From NCBI GenBank assembly GCA_963711835.1, contig CAVQFQ010000004.1, positions 224,001-288,000 of the forward strand: a stretch of 64,000 nucleotides of DNA. Direction: 5' to 3'. The notes below the pieces were generated by a model, which saw nothing but the letters and a program-made list of their open reading frames with translations, ran no database searches and was not told where the DNA came from. Each line of letters opens with the position of its first letter. Within the stretch, counting starts at the first letter, position 1. The translations under genes and the position numbers were made by a program. Shown here piece by piece: positions 21,077 through 31,096 of the stretch. This stretch comes from an uncultured delta proteobacterium (GTDB lineage: Bacteria; Desulfobacterota; RBG-13-43-22).

Positions 21077-22144
21077 CTAATAAGAAAAGGGCCAAAGATT
21101 AAAATAGTTCTTGATCTGCCACCAGCGGTAAGCCAGGCCGTTGGGCTCATACATTAAAAAAATGACAATGGACAGGCCGAAGACGGCGTCTTTCAGGGAC
21201 AACATTTTCATACCAATGGCCGGGTAAATGGGCGTCAGGGGGATAATGGCGAATTTCAGGAATTCCATTACCAAAACCATGAACAAAGAACCAAAAATAG
21301 TTCCATAGATACTGCCTACCCCTCCGATAAGAATGACCCCCACCAGCCAGAGGGACCAGAACCACTGGAAATTCTCGGGACTCAGGGCGGCGGTGTTGCT
21401 CACCCAAAAAGCCCCGGCCACCCCGCCGATAAAACCGGCCACAAAATAGGCCATCAGCTTGTAAGAGACGATATTGATGCCCATGGTCTCGGCGGCGATG
21501 TCGTTGTCCCGGATGGCGATCCAGGCCCGGCCCACCCTGGAGCGCAGGAGATTAGCCAGACCCATGGTCAAAACAATGGTCAAGACGGCTCCCAGGTAAT
21601 ACACTTTCGTATCGGTGTCTAAGACGAGGGGACCGATGGTGATGGTACCCGGGGGCAGGGAAAAGGCCTGGCCACGACCGCCGATCTGGCTGACGTACTG
21701 GGTCAGGATAAAATCAACGGTCACGAATTGAGCGGCCAGAGAAGTCATGATCAGATAAAAGCCTTTGACCTTGGCCGAGGGCAGCCCGAAAAGGATACCC
21801 CAGAGGCCTGCCGTCAGGCCCCCGATGAACATGCTCAGCAGGTAGGGGACATGCAACTGCAGCATGAGCAGGGTGCTGGTGTAGGCCCCCACGGCAATAA
21901 AGGCCGCGTGCCCCAGGGTCACCTGACCGCAGTAGCCGATCAAAAGCTGGACGCCCAGGGCGCCCATGATCGTATAGAAGATCAGATTGGCCACGCTGAT
22001 GGCATAGAGTCCCCCAAAATAAGGGATGACAAAGAAGACGAACACCCCCAGGAGGATCATTTTCCAGATCACAAATTTGGTCTGCCACCAGGCATGGTCC
22101 TGCCGATAGACTTCGTGGTAAACACCGCAAGGTAAGTAGGACAT
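21077..22144 (-). CDS. LIV-type ABC permease (LivM-like)
   Basis: GYCGQVTLGHAAF, GRAWIAIRDNDIAAETMGI. Confidence 0.9.
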   Translation of the reverse strand: MSYLPCGVYHEVYRQDHAWWQTKFVIWKMILLGVFVFFVIPYFGGLYAISVANLIFYTIMGALGVQLLIGYCGQVTLGHAAFIAVGAYTSTLLMLQLHVPYLLSMFIGGLTAGLWGILFGLPSAKVKGFYLIMTSLAAQFVTVDFILTQYVSQIGGRGQAFSLPPGTITIGPLVLDTDTKVYYLGAVLTIVLTMGLANLLRSRVGRAWIAIRDNDIAAETMGINIVSYKLMAYFVAGFIGGVAGAFWVSNTAALSPENFQWFWSLWLVGVILIGGVGSIYGTIFGSLFMVLVMEFLKFAIIPLTPIYPAIGMKMLSLKDAVFGLSIVIFLMYEPNGLAYRWWQIKNYFNLWPFSY

Positions 22145-22147
22145 AGC

Positions 22148-23032
22148 TTAGACCCTCTCAATCCGTTCCCAACCCCAGAGACCAAAGGGTTTGTAAAATA
22201 AGATGATGACCATAAAGACGAAGGGGGCGATTTCCTTCACCCCTCCGGGGAAAAACCTATCCAGGTAGGTGCCGCTCAAGTTCTGCAGCACCCCGATGAT
22301 GATCCCGCCAACGATGGCCCCCGGCACGGAATTCAACCCGCCCAGGACCACGGCCGGCAAGACCAGCAGGCCCAGGTAGCCGACCGAAATATTCAGGCCG
22401 TTGATATTGCCCAGCAGGGTCCCGCCCACCCCGGCGGCGACGAAGGCGATCCCCCAGGCGATGGCGTAAACAAAGCGGGCGCTGACCCCTAACGACATAG
22501 CCGCCATTTCATCATCGGCCGTGGCCTGCATGGCCAGGCCCCAGCGGGTATAGCGGAAAAAGGCCACGAAGACCAAGAGGAGCACAATGGCGGCCATGAA
22601 GCTCCACAAATAGACCTGACCGATAATGATCCCGCCGAAATCAATCGGCTTCATCGGGAAAACGGCGGGCTCAAAAATCACCGTATCGGCCCCAAAAATG
22701 AAGACCACGATGCCCCGGAAAAAGAAGGACAACCCGACCGTAACCATGATGACCGTCAGCACCGGTTCGCCGATCAGCTTGTCTAAGAAGAGCCGCTCGG
22801 TGATCAAGCCCAGGATGAAACCGATGATAATGGTAAAGAGCAGGGCCAGAAGAAAAGGGACCCCCCAGAGGTAAAAGGTCAGGGAGAGGTAAGCCCCGAT
22901 CAGGGTCAATTCTCCCATGGCCAGGTTGAGAACCCCGGAGCATTTGTAAATCAGGGTCCAGCCCAAGGCCACCAGGGCGTAAATCCCGCCCATCATAATC
23001 CCGGTAATCAGGGACTGCAAGAATAGCTGCAT
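22148..23032 (-). CDS. LIV-type ABC permease (LivH-like)
   Basis: GGIYALVALG, LNLAMGE, GLAMQATADD; likely start ATG 23032. Confidence 0.9.
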   Translation of the reverse strand: MQLFLQSLITGIMMGGIYALVALGWTLIYKCSGVLNLAMGELTLIGAYLSLTFYLWGVPFLLALLFTIIIGFILGLITERLFLDKLIGEPVLTVIMVTVGLSFFFRGIVVFIFGADTVIFEPAVFPMKPIDFGGIIIGQVYLWSFMAAIVLLLVFVAFFRYTRWGLAMQATADDEMAAMSLGVSARFVYAIAWGIAFVAAGVGGTLLGNINGLNISVGYLGLLVLPAVVLGGLNSVPGAIVGGIIIGVLQNLSGTYLDRFFPGGVKEIAPFVFMVIILFYKPFGLWGWERIERV

Positions 23033-23033
23033 G

Positions 23034-24983
23034 TTATTTACCCTCCTCTGGAATAGCTCGTATGGCCAGATCCGTTTTGATATGGATGACCCGCCCGTCT
23101 TCATAGGTAATGGTCGTGTCCATGTGGACCGTATCGGTATTTTCATACAGGGCCTTGACGATATTCTGGTAACGGTTTTCGACAAAGGCCCGGCGCAGTT
23201 TCCGGGTTCGGGTCAGCTCCTCGTCATCGGCGTCGAATTCCTTATAGAGATTGACAAATTTATGGATCTTGGCCGCCGGTTTCAGACTTTTATTGGCTTC
23301 CCGGATCTGTTTTTCCACCAGGTCATAGACCTCCGGTTTCTGGGAGAGTTCAGGATAGCTGGTGTAATTAATTTTTTTCTCATCGGCCCATTTGCCGATT
23401 ACCTGGTAATCAATACAGACTACGGCCGCCATATAGGGCTTTTCGTGGCCAATGACCCAGGCATCTCTCAGGTAAGGGGAAAATTTTAACCGGGTTTCCA
23501 GGTACTGGGGTGAGAAAATGGATTTATCACTCAGGATCATGACATCCTTGGTCCGATCGAAGACCACTAAATGATTATCCTCGTCAATAAAGCCTTTGTC
23601 ACCGGAATAGAGCCAGCCGTCTTTAAGGGTCTTTTCCGTGGCCTCCGGGTTTTTGTAATACCCCAGAAAAACCGAGGGGCTCTTGGAGATGATCTCCCCA
23701 TCTTCGGTAATCCTGACCTCGGTATCCGGGATGGCCGTCCCCACGGTATCGAACTTGATATCCCCATTGCGGTGGAGGACCGAGATGCCGGCGATTTCGG
23801 TCTGGCCGTAAATCTGTTTGAGATTGACTCCCATGGCATGAAAAAAACGGAAATGGTCCGGGCCCATGGCCGCACCGCCGGTATAGGCGGTCCGGACCCG
23901 GCTCAATCCGAGGTGGTCTCGAAGCTTTTTAAAGACCGTGGCATAGGCCAGTCCGTCTAAAATTTTCCACCCGATAGGAACACTTTTCTTTTCAAATTTA
24001 AGGTCAGCCACGTGGTAGCCTATCTTCATGGCCAGAGAATAACAGGTCCGCTTCAGCCAGGTGGCGTCCAGATACTTGACCTGAACGGTCCGGGTCATCT
24101 GTTCATACATCCGGGGCGGGGCAAACATCACATGGGGGCCGATTTCGCGGATATTTTCCTGGGCCGTCTCCGGCTCTTCCGGAAAGTTGATGGTAAAGCC
24201 CACCTGGAGGCCGCAGGAAATGGACATCATCTGTTCCCCGATCCAGGCAAAAGGAAGATAGGAGACGAAGTCGTCTTCCGGGGTACAGGGATCGACCTTC
24301 ATCATGTTCTGGCCCATGGTCAGCAGGTTGTAGTGAGAGAGCAAGGCCCCTTTGGGCAGGGCCGTCGTCCCCGAGGTATAGAAGAGAAGGGCCACATCTT
24401 TGGCTTTTCCTTCGGCAATCCGCTTTTCAAAAAAGCCGGGATCCTTCTGGTCCAGCTCCCGGCCCAGACGCATGACTTCTTTCAAACTGATCAGTAACGG
24501 GTCGTCGTAATCCCGCATCCCCTTGGGGTCATCCCAAATGACCTTTTTTAGATACGGACATTTTTCCTTAATGGACAAAGCCTTATCCACTTCTTCCTGG
24601 CCTTCGCCGAACAGGAAGGCCGCATCGGAGTGGTTGATGATATAAGCCACTTCATCCATAAGGGAGTCCTGGAACAGCCAGACCGCAATGCCCCCGGCTG
24701 ACAGGGTGGCCATTTCCGCCCAAAGCCCTTCCGGTCGGTTGTCGCCGATCATGGCTACCTTATCCTCGCGCTTCAGGCCCAGACTCACCAATCCTAAGGA
24801 GATATATTTGACTTTTTCGTAATAATCTTTCCAGGTAATAGGCCGCCAGATACCGAACTCCTTTTCCCGCATGGCCACCTTGTTATCCCCATACCGCTTA
24901 GACGTTTCCGATAAAACCTTGGGCAAGGTCAGGTCCTCGGTGATCTGAAAAGGTATGGTAAACGATTTATCTCCGTGTGGCAT
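23034..24983 (-). CDS. Long-chain acyl-CoA synthetase-like AMP-binding protein
   Basis: YTSGTTALPKG, YGQTE, GWLYSGD, ELTRTRKLRR. Confidence 0.9.
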   Translation of the reverse strand: MPHGDKSFTIPFQITEDLTLPKVLSETSKRYGDNKVAMREKEFGIWRPITWKDYYEKVKYISLGLVSLGLKREDKVAMIGDNRPEGLWAEMATLSAGGIAVWLFQDSLMDEVAYIINHSDAAFLFGEGQEEVDKALSIKEKCPYLKKVIWDDPKGMRDYDDPLLISLKEVMRLGRELDQKDPGFFEKRIAEGKAKDVALLFYTSGTTALPKGALLSHYNLLTMGQNMMKVDPCTPEDDFVSYLPFAWIGEQMMSISCGLQVGFTINFPEEPETAQENIREIGPHVMFAPPRMYEQMTRTVQVKYLDATWLKRTCYSLAMKIGYHVADLKFEKKSVPIGWKILDGLAYATVFKKLRDHLGLSRVRTAYTGGAAMGPDHFRFFHAMGVNLKQIYGQTEIAGISVLHRNGDIKFDTVGTAIPDTEVRITEDGEIISKSPSVFLGYYKNPEATEKTLKDGWLYSGDKGFIDEDNHLVVFDRTKDVMILSDKSIFSPQYLETRLKFSPYLRDAWVIGHEKPYMAAVVCIDYQVIGKWADEKKINYTSYPELSQKPEVYDLVEKQIREANKSLKPAAKIHKFVNLYKEFDADDEELTRTRKLRRAFVENRYQNIVKALYENTDTVHMDTTITYEDGRVIHIKTDLAIRAIPEEGK

Positions 24984-25779
24984 ATAAGTCCTCCTCACCC
25001 AAGTAGGCTTCGATCACCTGCGGATTATTCTGAATGTCCTGCGGGGTACCGGTGGTAATTTTAGTGCCGAAGTTCAGGACCGAAACCCGGTCGGAAATAT
25101 CCATGACCACCCCCATATCATGTTCGACCAAGATGCAGGTGACCTTCCAGCGTTCTTCCAAGTTAATATCCAGAATGAAGCGGGCCATATCCTCCACCTC
25201 TTCCAGGTTGAGCCCGGCCAGGGGCTCGTCTAAGAGGAGCAGTTTGGGATTCAGGGCCAGGGCCCGGCCTAATTCGACCCGCTTCTGGAGTCCGTAAGGC
25301 AACATGCCGACTGTTTTATGCCGGATCGATTCAATTTCCAGGAGATCGATGATTTCCTCTTCAATCAGTTCCCGGGCCTTGATCTCTTCCCGGGCTGTTT
25401 TTCCAAAATAAATGGTGCCGCTCAGGATGCCTGACTTCAGATGAATATGCCGGCCCAAACGGATATTGTCCAAGACGGTCATGCCCCGGAACAATTCGAT
25501 TTTCTGGAAGGTCCTGGAGATCCCCAAGCCGGCCCGGCGGTGGGGTTTTAATTTGGAGACCTCTTGGCCTTGATAGGCTATGGCGCCTTTTTGGGGATGG
25601 TATAAGCCGTTGATACAGTTGAGCAGGACCGTTTTCCCGGCCCCGTTAGGGCCGATGATGGAATGGATTTCCCCTTCCCGTACATCAAGGCTTACCCCGG
25701 AAAGGGCAGCCACTTTTCCAAAAAACATACTGATATCATCTACTTTTAATATAACGGGCCCAAGGTGATGCGCTTCCAT
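24967..25779 (-). CDS. LIV-type ABC ATP-binding protein (LivG-like)
   Basis: GPNGAGKT, LPYGLQKRVELGRAL, VEHDM, VIEAYLG. Confidence 0.92.
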   Translation of the reverse strand: MEAHHLGPVILKVDDISMFFGKVAALSGVSLDVREGEIHSIIGPNGAGKTVLLNCINGLYHPQKGAIAYQGQEVSKLKPHRRAGLGISRTFQKIELFRGMTVLDNIRLGRHIHLKSGILSGTIYFGKTAREEIKARELIEEEIIDLLEIESIRHKTVGMLPYGLQKRVELGRALALNPKLLLLDEPLAGLNLEEVEDMARFILDINLEERWKVTCILVEHDMGVVMDISDRVSVLNFGTKITTGTPQDIQNNPQVIEAYLGEEDLYATRR

Positions 25780-26292
25780 CCGGCCATTCTCCTTCCTTTT
25801 ACAATGGAAATATGCTCATGGCCCCATCCTGAAGAGGAAAGGCTAAACGATGTCGTGACAATGGGGAGGTGTTACTATTTATTGGTTATTTAGTTCAAAA
25901 TCTTTTTGGGTTAAAGTAACGAACTAAAAACTTCTCGGACAGTTCAAGGTTGCCGGTAAACCCTTTTAACCCTTATACCTGCCGAATATAAAATAACAAC
26001 AAAAGGCGGTAATTTGATCGTCGAATTGATTCTGATTTGTTGGGCTTAAACGCTGCAATATTGTCTAATACACGTTCAGATTTTGCGAGGTTGGCGAAAG
26101 CTATTTACTTCCTAATCTATTGGATCTTTTTTGTCAAGTATTTATTAGCTATTTTTCAGCTAAATTCGTTGCGCCTCTTTCGTCCCGGATCAGGCCCGTT
26201 GTTAAAAGGACAGGCGGCAGCAGGTAATTGGACGGGAGAGGTTGGGATCAACGAAAATTCCGGATCCCAACCTCGGGAGGAGGGGATTGATG

Positions 26293-26332
26293 AGTATCCA
26301 TCCGGAAATGAAGGATTTCCGGATGCGCATTC
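26293..26332. repeat. Short palindromic repeat (catccggaaa...tttccggatg type)
   Basis: agtatccatccggaaatgaaggatttccggatgcgcattc; related copies at 27042-27078 and 39260-39300. Confidence 0.55.
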
Positions 26333-26333
26333 G

Positions 26334-26657
26334 TTATCGTACGGGTTCCCAATAACCCGGGATCCAGATCCGCTCCAGGTCGCCATAAGGCCCCCGCCGC
26401 TCTTCCCAGTGGCCGGGGACCCAGCGGTCACGATAGGAATCCGGATAGGGTTCATGCGCCGGAGGATAATAGGCCGGCGGCGGCGTATGATACCTCGGGG
26501 CGTGAAGAATGGAGCCTAAGACAATGGCCGCTCCGATCCCTGCAGCCACCCCGGGCCAGAAAGGTCTATAATATCGGCCACGAGCCTGGGCCGGGGCGGC
26601 GCTCAACAGGGTCAGGGTCAGAGCGGTAATCAGCAATAACAGCGTTACTTTTTTCAT
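26334..26657 (-). CDS. Small exported Pro/Tyr-rich protein with WxPGxW repeats
   Basis: Signal peptide ending AQA, glycine-zipper-like AAGIGAAIVLG, RWVPGHW and IWIPGYW; RBS aggagg upstream. Confidence 0.75.
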   Translation of the reverse strand: MKKVTLLLLITALTLTLLSAAPAQARGRYYRPFWPGVAAGIGAAIVLGSILHAPRYHTPPPAYYPPAHEPYPDSYRDRWVPGHWEERRGPYGDLERIWIPGYWEPVR

Positions 26658-26693
26658 GGGTGTCCTCCTAAAGCTTTTTTTATAATTAGATTT

Positions 26694-26913
26694 TTACATC
26701 TTTTAGTCTGAGAATTTATCCCTAACCTTCCAAAATCAGGTGTAGGGGGGGTCTATTTTTTAAGTTGTCCATCCCAAAGCCATAAGTCCCGCCTCGGCGG
26801 GATGAATGCCCTGCTCTAAAATAAACTTAGTTGATTGGGCCGGATTAGGGGCTCTTGGTCACCCTTTGGACAACTTAAAAAATAGACCCCCCCTACACCA
26901 TTTCTTCGAGACT
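26694..26913. mobile_element. Family A inverted-repeat element, copy A2 (short core)
   Basis: 33-bp inverted repeats at 26739-26771 and 26867-26899; shared leader ttacatcttttagtctgagaatttatc and trailer atttcttcgagact. Confidence 0.85.
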
Positions 26914-26938
26914 TTAAAAAAAGTTTCACATATTTTTG

Positions 26939-26969
26939 ATTAGACTTAGGGTATATAAATTAGGTTAAA
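26939..26969 (-). promoter_or_regulatory. Putative ECF sigma promoter toward the Pro-rich gene
   Basis: Minus strand tttAAC-ctaatttatataccctaa-GTCTAAt, which mirrors the motif at 27080-27109. Confidence 0.45.
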
Positions 26970-27079
26970 AAAATGGTACGGTTTAAACTTAAAAGGCAAT
27001 GGCCCGGGGCTCAAGAGTCTGCTGACTGCTGCTGGCTTAACGCGCGCATCAGAAAACGGTTTTTTCCGGATGCACCCTA

Positions 27080-27109
27080 TTTAACTAATTAATTTCTTTG
27101 TAGTCTAAT
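27080..27109 (+). promoter_or_regulatory. Putative ECF sigma autoregulatory promoter
   Basis: tttAAC-taattaatttctttgta-GTCTAAt just upstream of the ECF sigma gene. Confidence 0.5.
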
Positions 27110-27126
27110 TTAATGATGCCAAGTAC

Positions 27127-27666
27127 ATGACCGATGACCAGTTAGTCGACCGCGTAAAAAATGGCGATAACCGGGCCTTTGAAGAGCTGGTCCTTCGGCA
27201 TCAAAAGGGGATTTATTATTTTGTCCTTAGAATCCTGCAAAATCAATCGGATGCGGAAGACACGGTTCAAAAAATATTTTTACTGGCCTTTCAGAATTTA
27301 AAGGGCTTTCGGGCCGAATCGAGCTTTAAGACCTGGCTCTATCGAATCGGCATCAATCAATGCAATAACCTTATTCGCCAGAACCGGAAAAGAGAATATA
27401 CCTCCATTGAAGAACTGCCTCTGGCGGATCTTCGTCCCGATCAGGAGGCAGATCTCTCCGAGAAAGAGCGGTCGACTCAGATCCAAAAAGCCGTGGAGCG
27501 GCTTCCTTACAAACAACGGATGGTCGTGACCTTGCGGATCTACCAGGAATTGTCTTTTGAAGAAATCGGAGCCGCCCTTCAGATCAGGGCTAATTCGGCC
27601 AAGGTCAACTTTCACCATGCCGTTGAAAAAATAAAAAAATGGATCAATCCCGAAGCAAACCCATGA
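27127..27666 (+). CDS. ECF family RNA polymerase sigma factor
   Basis: AFEELV, DAEDTVQ, SSFKTWLYRIGIN, LSFEEIG. Confidence 0.93.
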   Translation: MTDDQLVDRVKNGDNRAFEELVLRHQKGIYYFVLRILQNQSDAEDTVQKIFLLAFQNLKGFRAESSFKTWLYRIGINQCNNLIRQNRKREYTSIEELPLADLRPDQEADLSEKERSTQIQKAVERLPYKQRMVVTLRIYQELSFEEIGAALQIRANSAKVNFHHAVEKIKKWINPEANP

Positions 27667-28319
27667 GACACCTGTCCTGTAAAGAAATAAGATCAAAGGC
27701 AACCGATTTTTGCCAGGATCTCCTGACTTCAGAAGAAGCGGATCGGATCAGGGTCCATTTAGAGGGTTGCCCTTCCTGCCGCAAGGGATACCGGGACACT
27801 GAAGATACCCTGGCCCGCTTGCTGCAGGACCGGCTTAAGGACCCCGGGCCGGACCACTGGGACGGCCTCCAGGCGGCGATTATGCACCGCATTGCCCAAA
27901 ACCGCCCTGCCCCATCGGAAGCTCCCTGGTATAAAAAGGTCTGGGAAATTCCGTTTCAATGGCCCGGCTCTGCTTGGGCTACGGCTCTGATCCTGCTGGC
28001 CATAACCCCTGTTTTATTTTATGCCGTCTATCCCGGGTCTGACCGCCTCACCCCCGGCCGGGAAGCCGTCCTGAACGAATTAAGACCTGACGGCGGTCCG
28101 GAATCACTAACAACCGAGGTCCAGGTCCTTACGGCCCAGGAATCGGCCCGATTGGACAAACGGCTGGTTGCCCGGTTAGCCCGGGAATGGATGGGCCAGG
28201 CCGCTCCAAGACGGGAAGAGGACTGGTCCTGGGATGAGGCCGGCTCCCTGGAACAGCTCAACCAGAACGAATTGGAGGCCGTTGCCAAAAAACTTGCAAT
28301 CCCCAAACTAACCGGATAA
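27663..28319 (+). CDS. Zinc-finger (HxxxCxxC) anti-sigma factor
   Basis: HLEGCPSC motif, one transmembrane helix, ATGA overlap with the sigma gene. Confidence 0.8.
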   Translation: MRHLSCKEIRSKATDFCQDLLTSEEADRIRVHLEGCPSCRKGYRDTEDTLARLLQDRLKDPGPDHWDGLQAAIMHRIAQNRPAPSEAPWYKKVWEIPFQWPGSAWATALILLAITPVLFYAVYPGSDRLTPGREAVLNELRPDGGPESLTTEVQVLTAQESARLDKRLVARLAREWMGQAAPRREEDWSWDEAGSLEQLNQNELEAVAKKLAIPKLTG

Positions 28320-28335
28320 GAGGAGGAATTCACTG

Positions 28336-28860
28336 ATGGTCTTGAAAAAAATTGCCTGGATCCTTTTTCTGGCCTTCTTCCTGACGGGTTCCGTTGCCTG
28401 GGCCCAATCCTTTCGAGATTCCAAAGACCCCCGGGAAAAAACCAGGGACCGGATCCAAATGATCAAGATGTGGAAACTGACCGATACCCTTAAGCTGGAC
28501 CAGGAAGGGACCGCCCGGTTTTTTGCGGTCAACAGCCAGTACGAAGAGAATAAGAAAAGACTCCGAAGGGATCTCCATGAGGAGCTGGAAAGGCTGCGGC
28601 ACCTAATGCGGGATATGGCGCCCCAGGAGCGCGAATTACGGGAAACCATTTCCCGGGTGAAAAACAGAAAAAGGGAGTTGGATGCCTTAGCCCAGAGGCA
28701 GATGGATGACGAAATGAACCTCTTGAGGCTGGACCAACAAGGCCGCTATATCTTGTTTCAGATCGACTTTCACCGGGAAATGGACGACCTGATCCGGGAA
28801 GTCCGGGAAGAAAAATTTCCCCGACCCGGCTTTGAAAAGGCCCCGGAGAGGATCAGGTAG
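28336..28860 (+). CDS. Periplasmic helical protein (Spy/CpxP-like)
   Basis: Signal peptide, charged coiled-coil, MWKLTDTLKL; third gene of the ECF operon. Confidence 0.6.
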   Translation: MVLKKIAWILFLAFFLTGSVAWAQSFRDSKDPREKTRDRIQMIKMWKLTDTLKLDQEGTARFFAVNSQYEENKKRLRRDLHEELERLRHLMRDMAPQERELRETISRVKNRKRELDALAQRQMDDEMNLLRLDQQGRYILFQIDFHREMDDLIREVREEKFPRPGFEKAPERIR

Positions 28861-28864
28861 TCTA

Positions 28865-29608
28865 ATGAAACTCGGAGGTAAAGTGGCTATCGTCACCGGC
28901 GCCGGTCAGGGAATCGGAAGAGCCATTGCCCTTTTGTTCTCCCAGGAGGGTGCCAGGCTGGCCTTAGTGGAGCGCAACCAGGAGACCGGACTGGAAACCT
29001 TGAAAGCCCTGGAAGGTAAAGGTGCTGAAGGGGTTCTTGTCCAGGCCGACATCACCCAGCTTGCGGATATCAAAAAAACCGTTAAAAAAACCCGGCATCA
29101 ATGGGGAAAAATCGATATCCTGGTCAACAACGCCGGCTTCGACCGCCCGGCTGGTATTTTTAAGATCCAGGAAGCCGACTGGGACGCAGTTCATGGGGTT
29201 CACCTGCGGGCCGCCATGCTTCTAATGCGGGAGGTGTTGCCTTTTATGAAAGGACATAAATACGGGCGGATCGTCAATATCTCTTCCATTTACGGAAAAA
29301 CCGGAGGTAAAGGCGAAATTGCCTACGCTGCCGCCAAAGCCGGACTCATAGGGCTGACCAAAAGCGTGGCCAAGGAAGTAGGCCGCTTTGGCGTCTGTGT
29401 AAATGCCGTCCTTCCGGGCCTGACCGATACGCCGGCCATCCAAACCATGATGGCGGAGAAATACAAAGAGGAAATCCTTTCCCAAACCCCCTTGGGCCGA
29501 ATGGCCCGCCCTGATGAAATTGCCCAAGCCGTCCTCTTTCTCGCCTCCGATGAAGCCAGTTATATCACCGGCACCGGACTGGAAGTCTCAGGCGGCTGGG
29601 AGATGTAA
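28865..29608 (+). CDS. SDR oxidoreductase, FabG-like
   Basis: TGAGQGIG, NNAG, YAAAK. Confidence 0.9.
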   Translation: MKLGGKVAIVTGAGQGIGRAIALLFSQEGARLALVERNQETGLETLKALEGKGAEGVLVQADITQLADIKKTVKKTRHQWGKIDILVNNAGFDRPAGIFKIQEADWDAVHGVHLRAAMLLMREVLPFMKGHKYGRIVNISSIYGKTGGKGEIAYAAAKAGLIGLTKSVAKEVGRFGVCVNAVLPGLTDTPAIQTMMAEKYKEEILSQTPLGRMARPDEIAQAVLFLASDEASYITGTGLEVSGGWEM

Positions 29609-29707
29609 AGACGGGCCCTCGTTTTCAGCGGATATTTAAAACCGCCGCAGCCAATTTCTGCTTTGCCGAGGAACCTCCAAATTTTCCCGCTTGCCTTAAA
29701 AAATTAC

Positions 29708-29736
29708 TTGACTCCTACACGGTAGGACCTTAAGCT
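29708..29736 (+). promoter_or_regulatory. Sigma70-type promoter with a palindromic operator in the spacer
   Basis: TTGACT-17-TAAGCT; tcctac-acg-gtagga at 29713-29727. Confidence 0.5.
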
Positions 29737-29814
29737 AATCCCTCTTAGCCCTGCCTAAAGAATTAACCCAATAAATCCCAATGGTTTTAACCTGGGAAAT
29801 AATAAGGAGGCATC

Positions 29815-31089
29815 ATGAAGGTCTTCCATCGTTTTGTTCTTGTTTTGGGTGTGTTGCTTTGTTTTTGGTCTTTGTTAACTTTTTCAGCCCAGTCTGCAGA
29901 CCCGATTATTATCGGTGTGCCCACCTCCCTCGGCTTTCTGGAAGGGACCGAAAGCTATAACAGCGCCCTTCTGGCTGTGGAGGAGATCAACGCCAAGGGG
30001 GGAGTGAACATCAAGGGCGAGAAACAGTTGCTCAAACTGGAGTCCATCGACATCCGCGACGCCGCCCCGGGTGTGCCGGTTCCGGAGGCCCTGCTGGGCA
30101 TTGAAAAAATCATCCTGGAAAAAAAGGTCAAGGCCATTGTGGTCGGGCCCTTCCGCTCCGAGGCCCTCCTGGCCGGTATGGACCTGATCGCCAAATACAA
30201 GGTCCCCATGCTGGCCACCATCGCCATGGCCGGAGATTACAGCAAGAAGATCCTGGAAAATCCTGATAAATATAAATACTGTTTTCGGGTCTGCCTCGAC
30301 GGCGGCTACCTGGTTGGCTATTTGAAAGGCCTGATGGAGTTTATCAACAAGGATTTTGGTTATAATAAAATTTTCATCATGCACCAGGACGTGGCCTGGG
30401 CCCGGGGTACCGGCAATGCCTTGGCCGGGATACTTAAAGGTGCCGGCTGGACCGTCCTGGGGCAGGAGGCCTACCCCACCGGGGCCAGCGACTTTTCTGC
30501 CGGCCTGATGAAGGTCCGAAGCGGGGGCGCCCAGGTGATCCTGCCTATTTTTGACATGCCCCAGAGCGGCATACTGGTCAAACAATGGAACACCATGAAA
30601 GTCCCGGCCCTGATGGCCGGTTTCATATCCCCGCTGGCCGGTCCAGGCGCCTGGAAAAATTTCGATCAAAAGATCGACGGGGCCATGAACGCCATCTTTG
30701 AGATCGGCAACATTCCGGTAAAAAAAGTGCCCAAATCCGTGGCTTATTATGAAGGCTACAAGAAAAGGTTCAATAAGGAAGTGGAATCCGGTCATGGACC
30801 GTCTGCTGCCTATGAATCGGTTTACATCCTGGCCGAAGCCATTGAAAGGGCCGGGACAGTTGACCCGGAAGCCCTGGCCGCGGCCATTGAAAAAACCGAC
30901 CGTCTGGGCGCCATCGGCCGGATCAAATTCGGGAAAAACCACCAGGTCATCTTTGGCAACGACCCCAGGGAAACCGCCATGGGTTGTGTTTTACAGTGGT
31001 CCAAGACCGGCACCCGGGAGATCGTTTATCCTGAAAGTCTGGCCGAAGCCAAGATCCATCTGCCGGAAGGCCTGAAACCGGCCAAGTAA
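29815..31089 (+). CDS. LIV-type ABC substrate-binding protein (aromatic acid type)
   Basis: Signal peptide, LAVEEINAKGG, GPFRSE, AYESVYILAEAIERAG. Confidence 0.87.
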   Translation: MKVFHRFVLVLGVLLCFWSLLTFSAQSADPIIIGVPTSLGFLEGTESYNSALLAVEEINAKGGVNIKGEKQLLKLESIDIRDAAPGVPVPEALLGIEKIILEKKVKAIVVGPFRSEALLAGMDLIAKYKVPMLATIAMAGDYSKKILENPDKYKYCFRVCLDGGYLVGYLKGLMEFINKDFGYNKIFIMHQDVAWARGTGNALAGILKGAGWTVLGQEAYPTGASDFSAGLMKVRSGGAQVILPIFDMPQSGILVKQWNTMKVPALMAGFISPLAGPGAWKNFDQKIDGAMNAIFEIGNIPVKKVPKSVAYYEGYKKRFNKEVESGHGPSAAYESVYILAEAIERAGTVDPEALAAAIEKTDRLGAIGRIKFGKNHQVIFGNDPRETAMGCVLQWSKTGTREIVYPESLAEAKIHLPEGLKPAK

Positions 31090-31096
31090 CTTCCGT

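Noticed and set aside
25800-26330. Possible riboswitch or sRNA upstream of the first ABC operon
   Set aside because: Only generic hairpins and AT-rich promoter-like DNA; no recognisable aptamer
29884-30942. Long antisense ORFs (also 6924-7754, 17199-17885, 49508-50263, 56153-56875)
   Set aside because: Shadows of well-supported genes in GC-rich codon space, with no recognisable motifs
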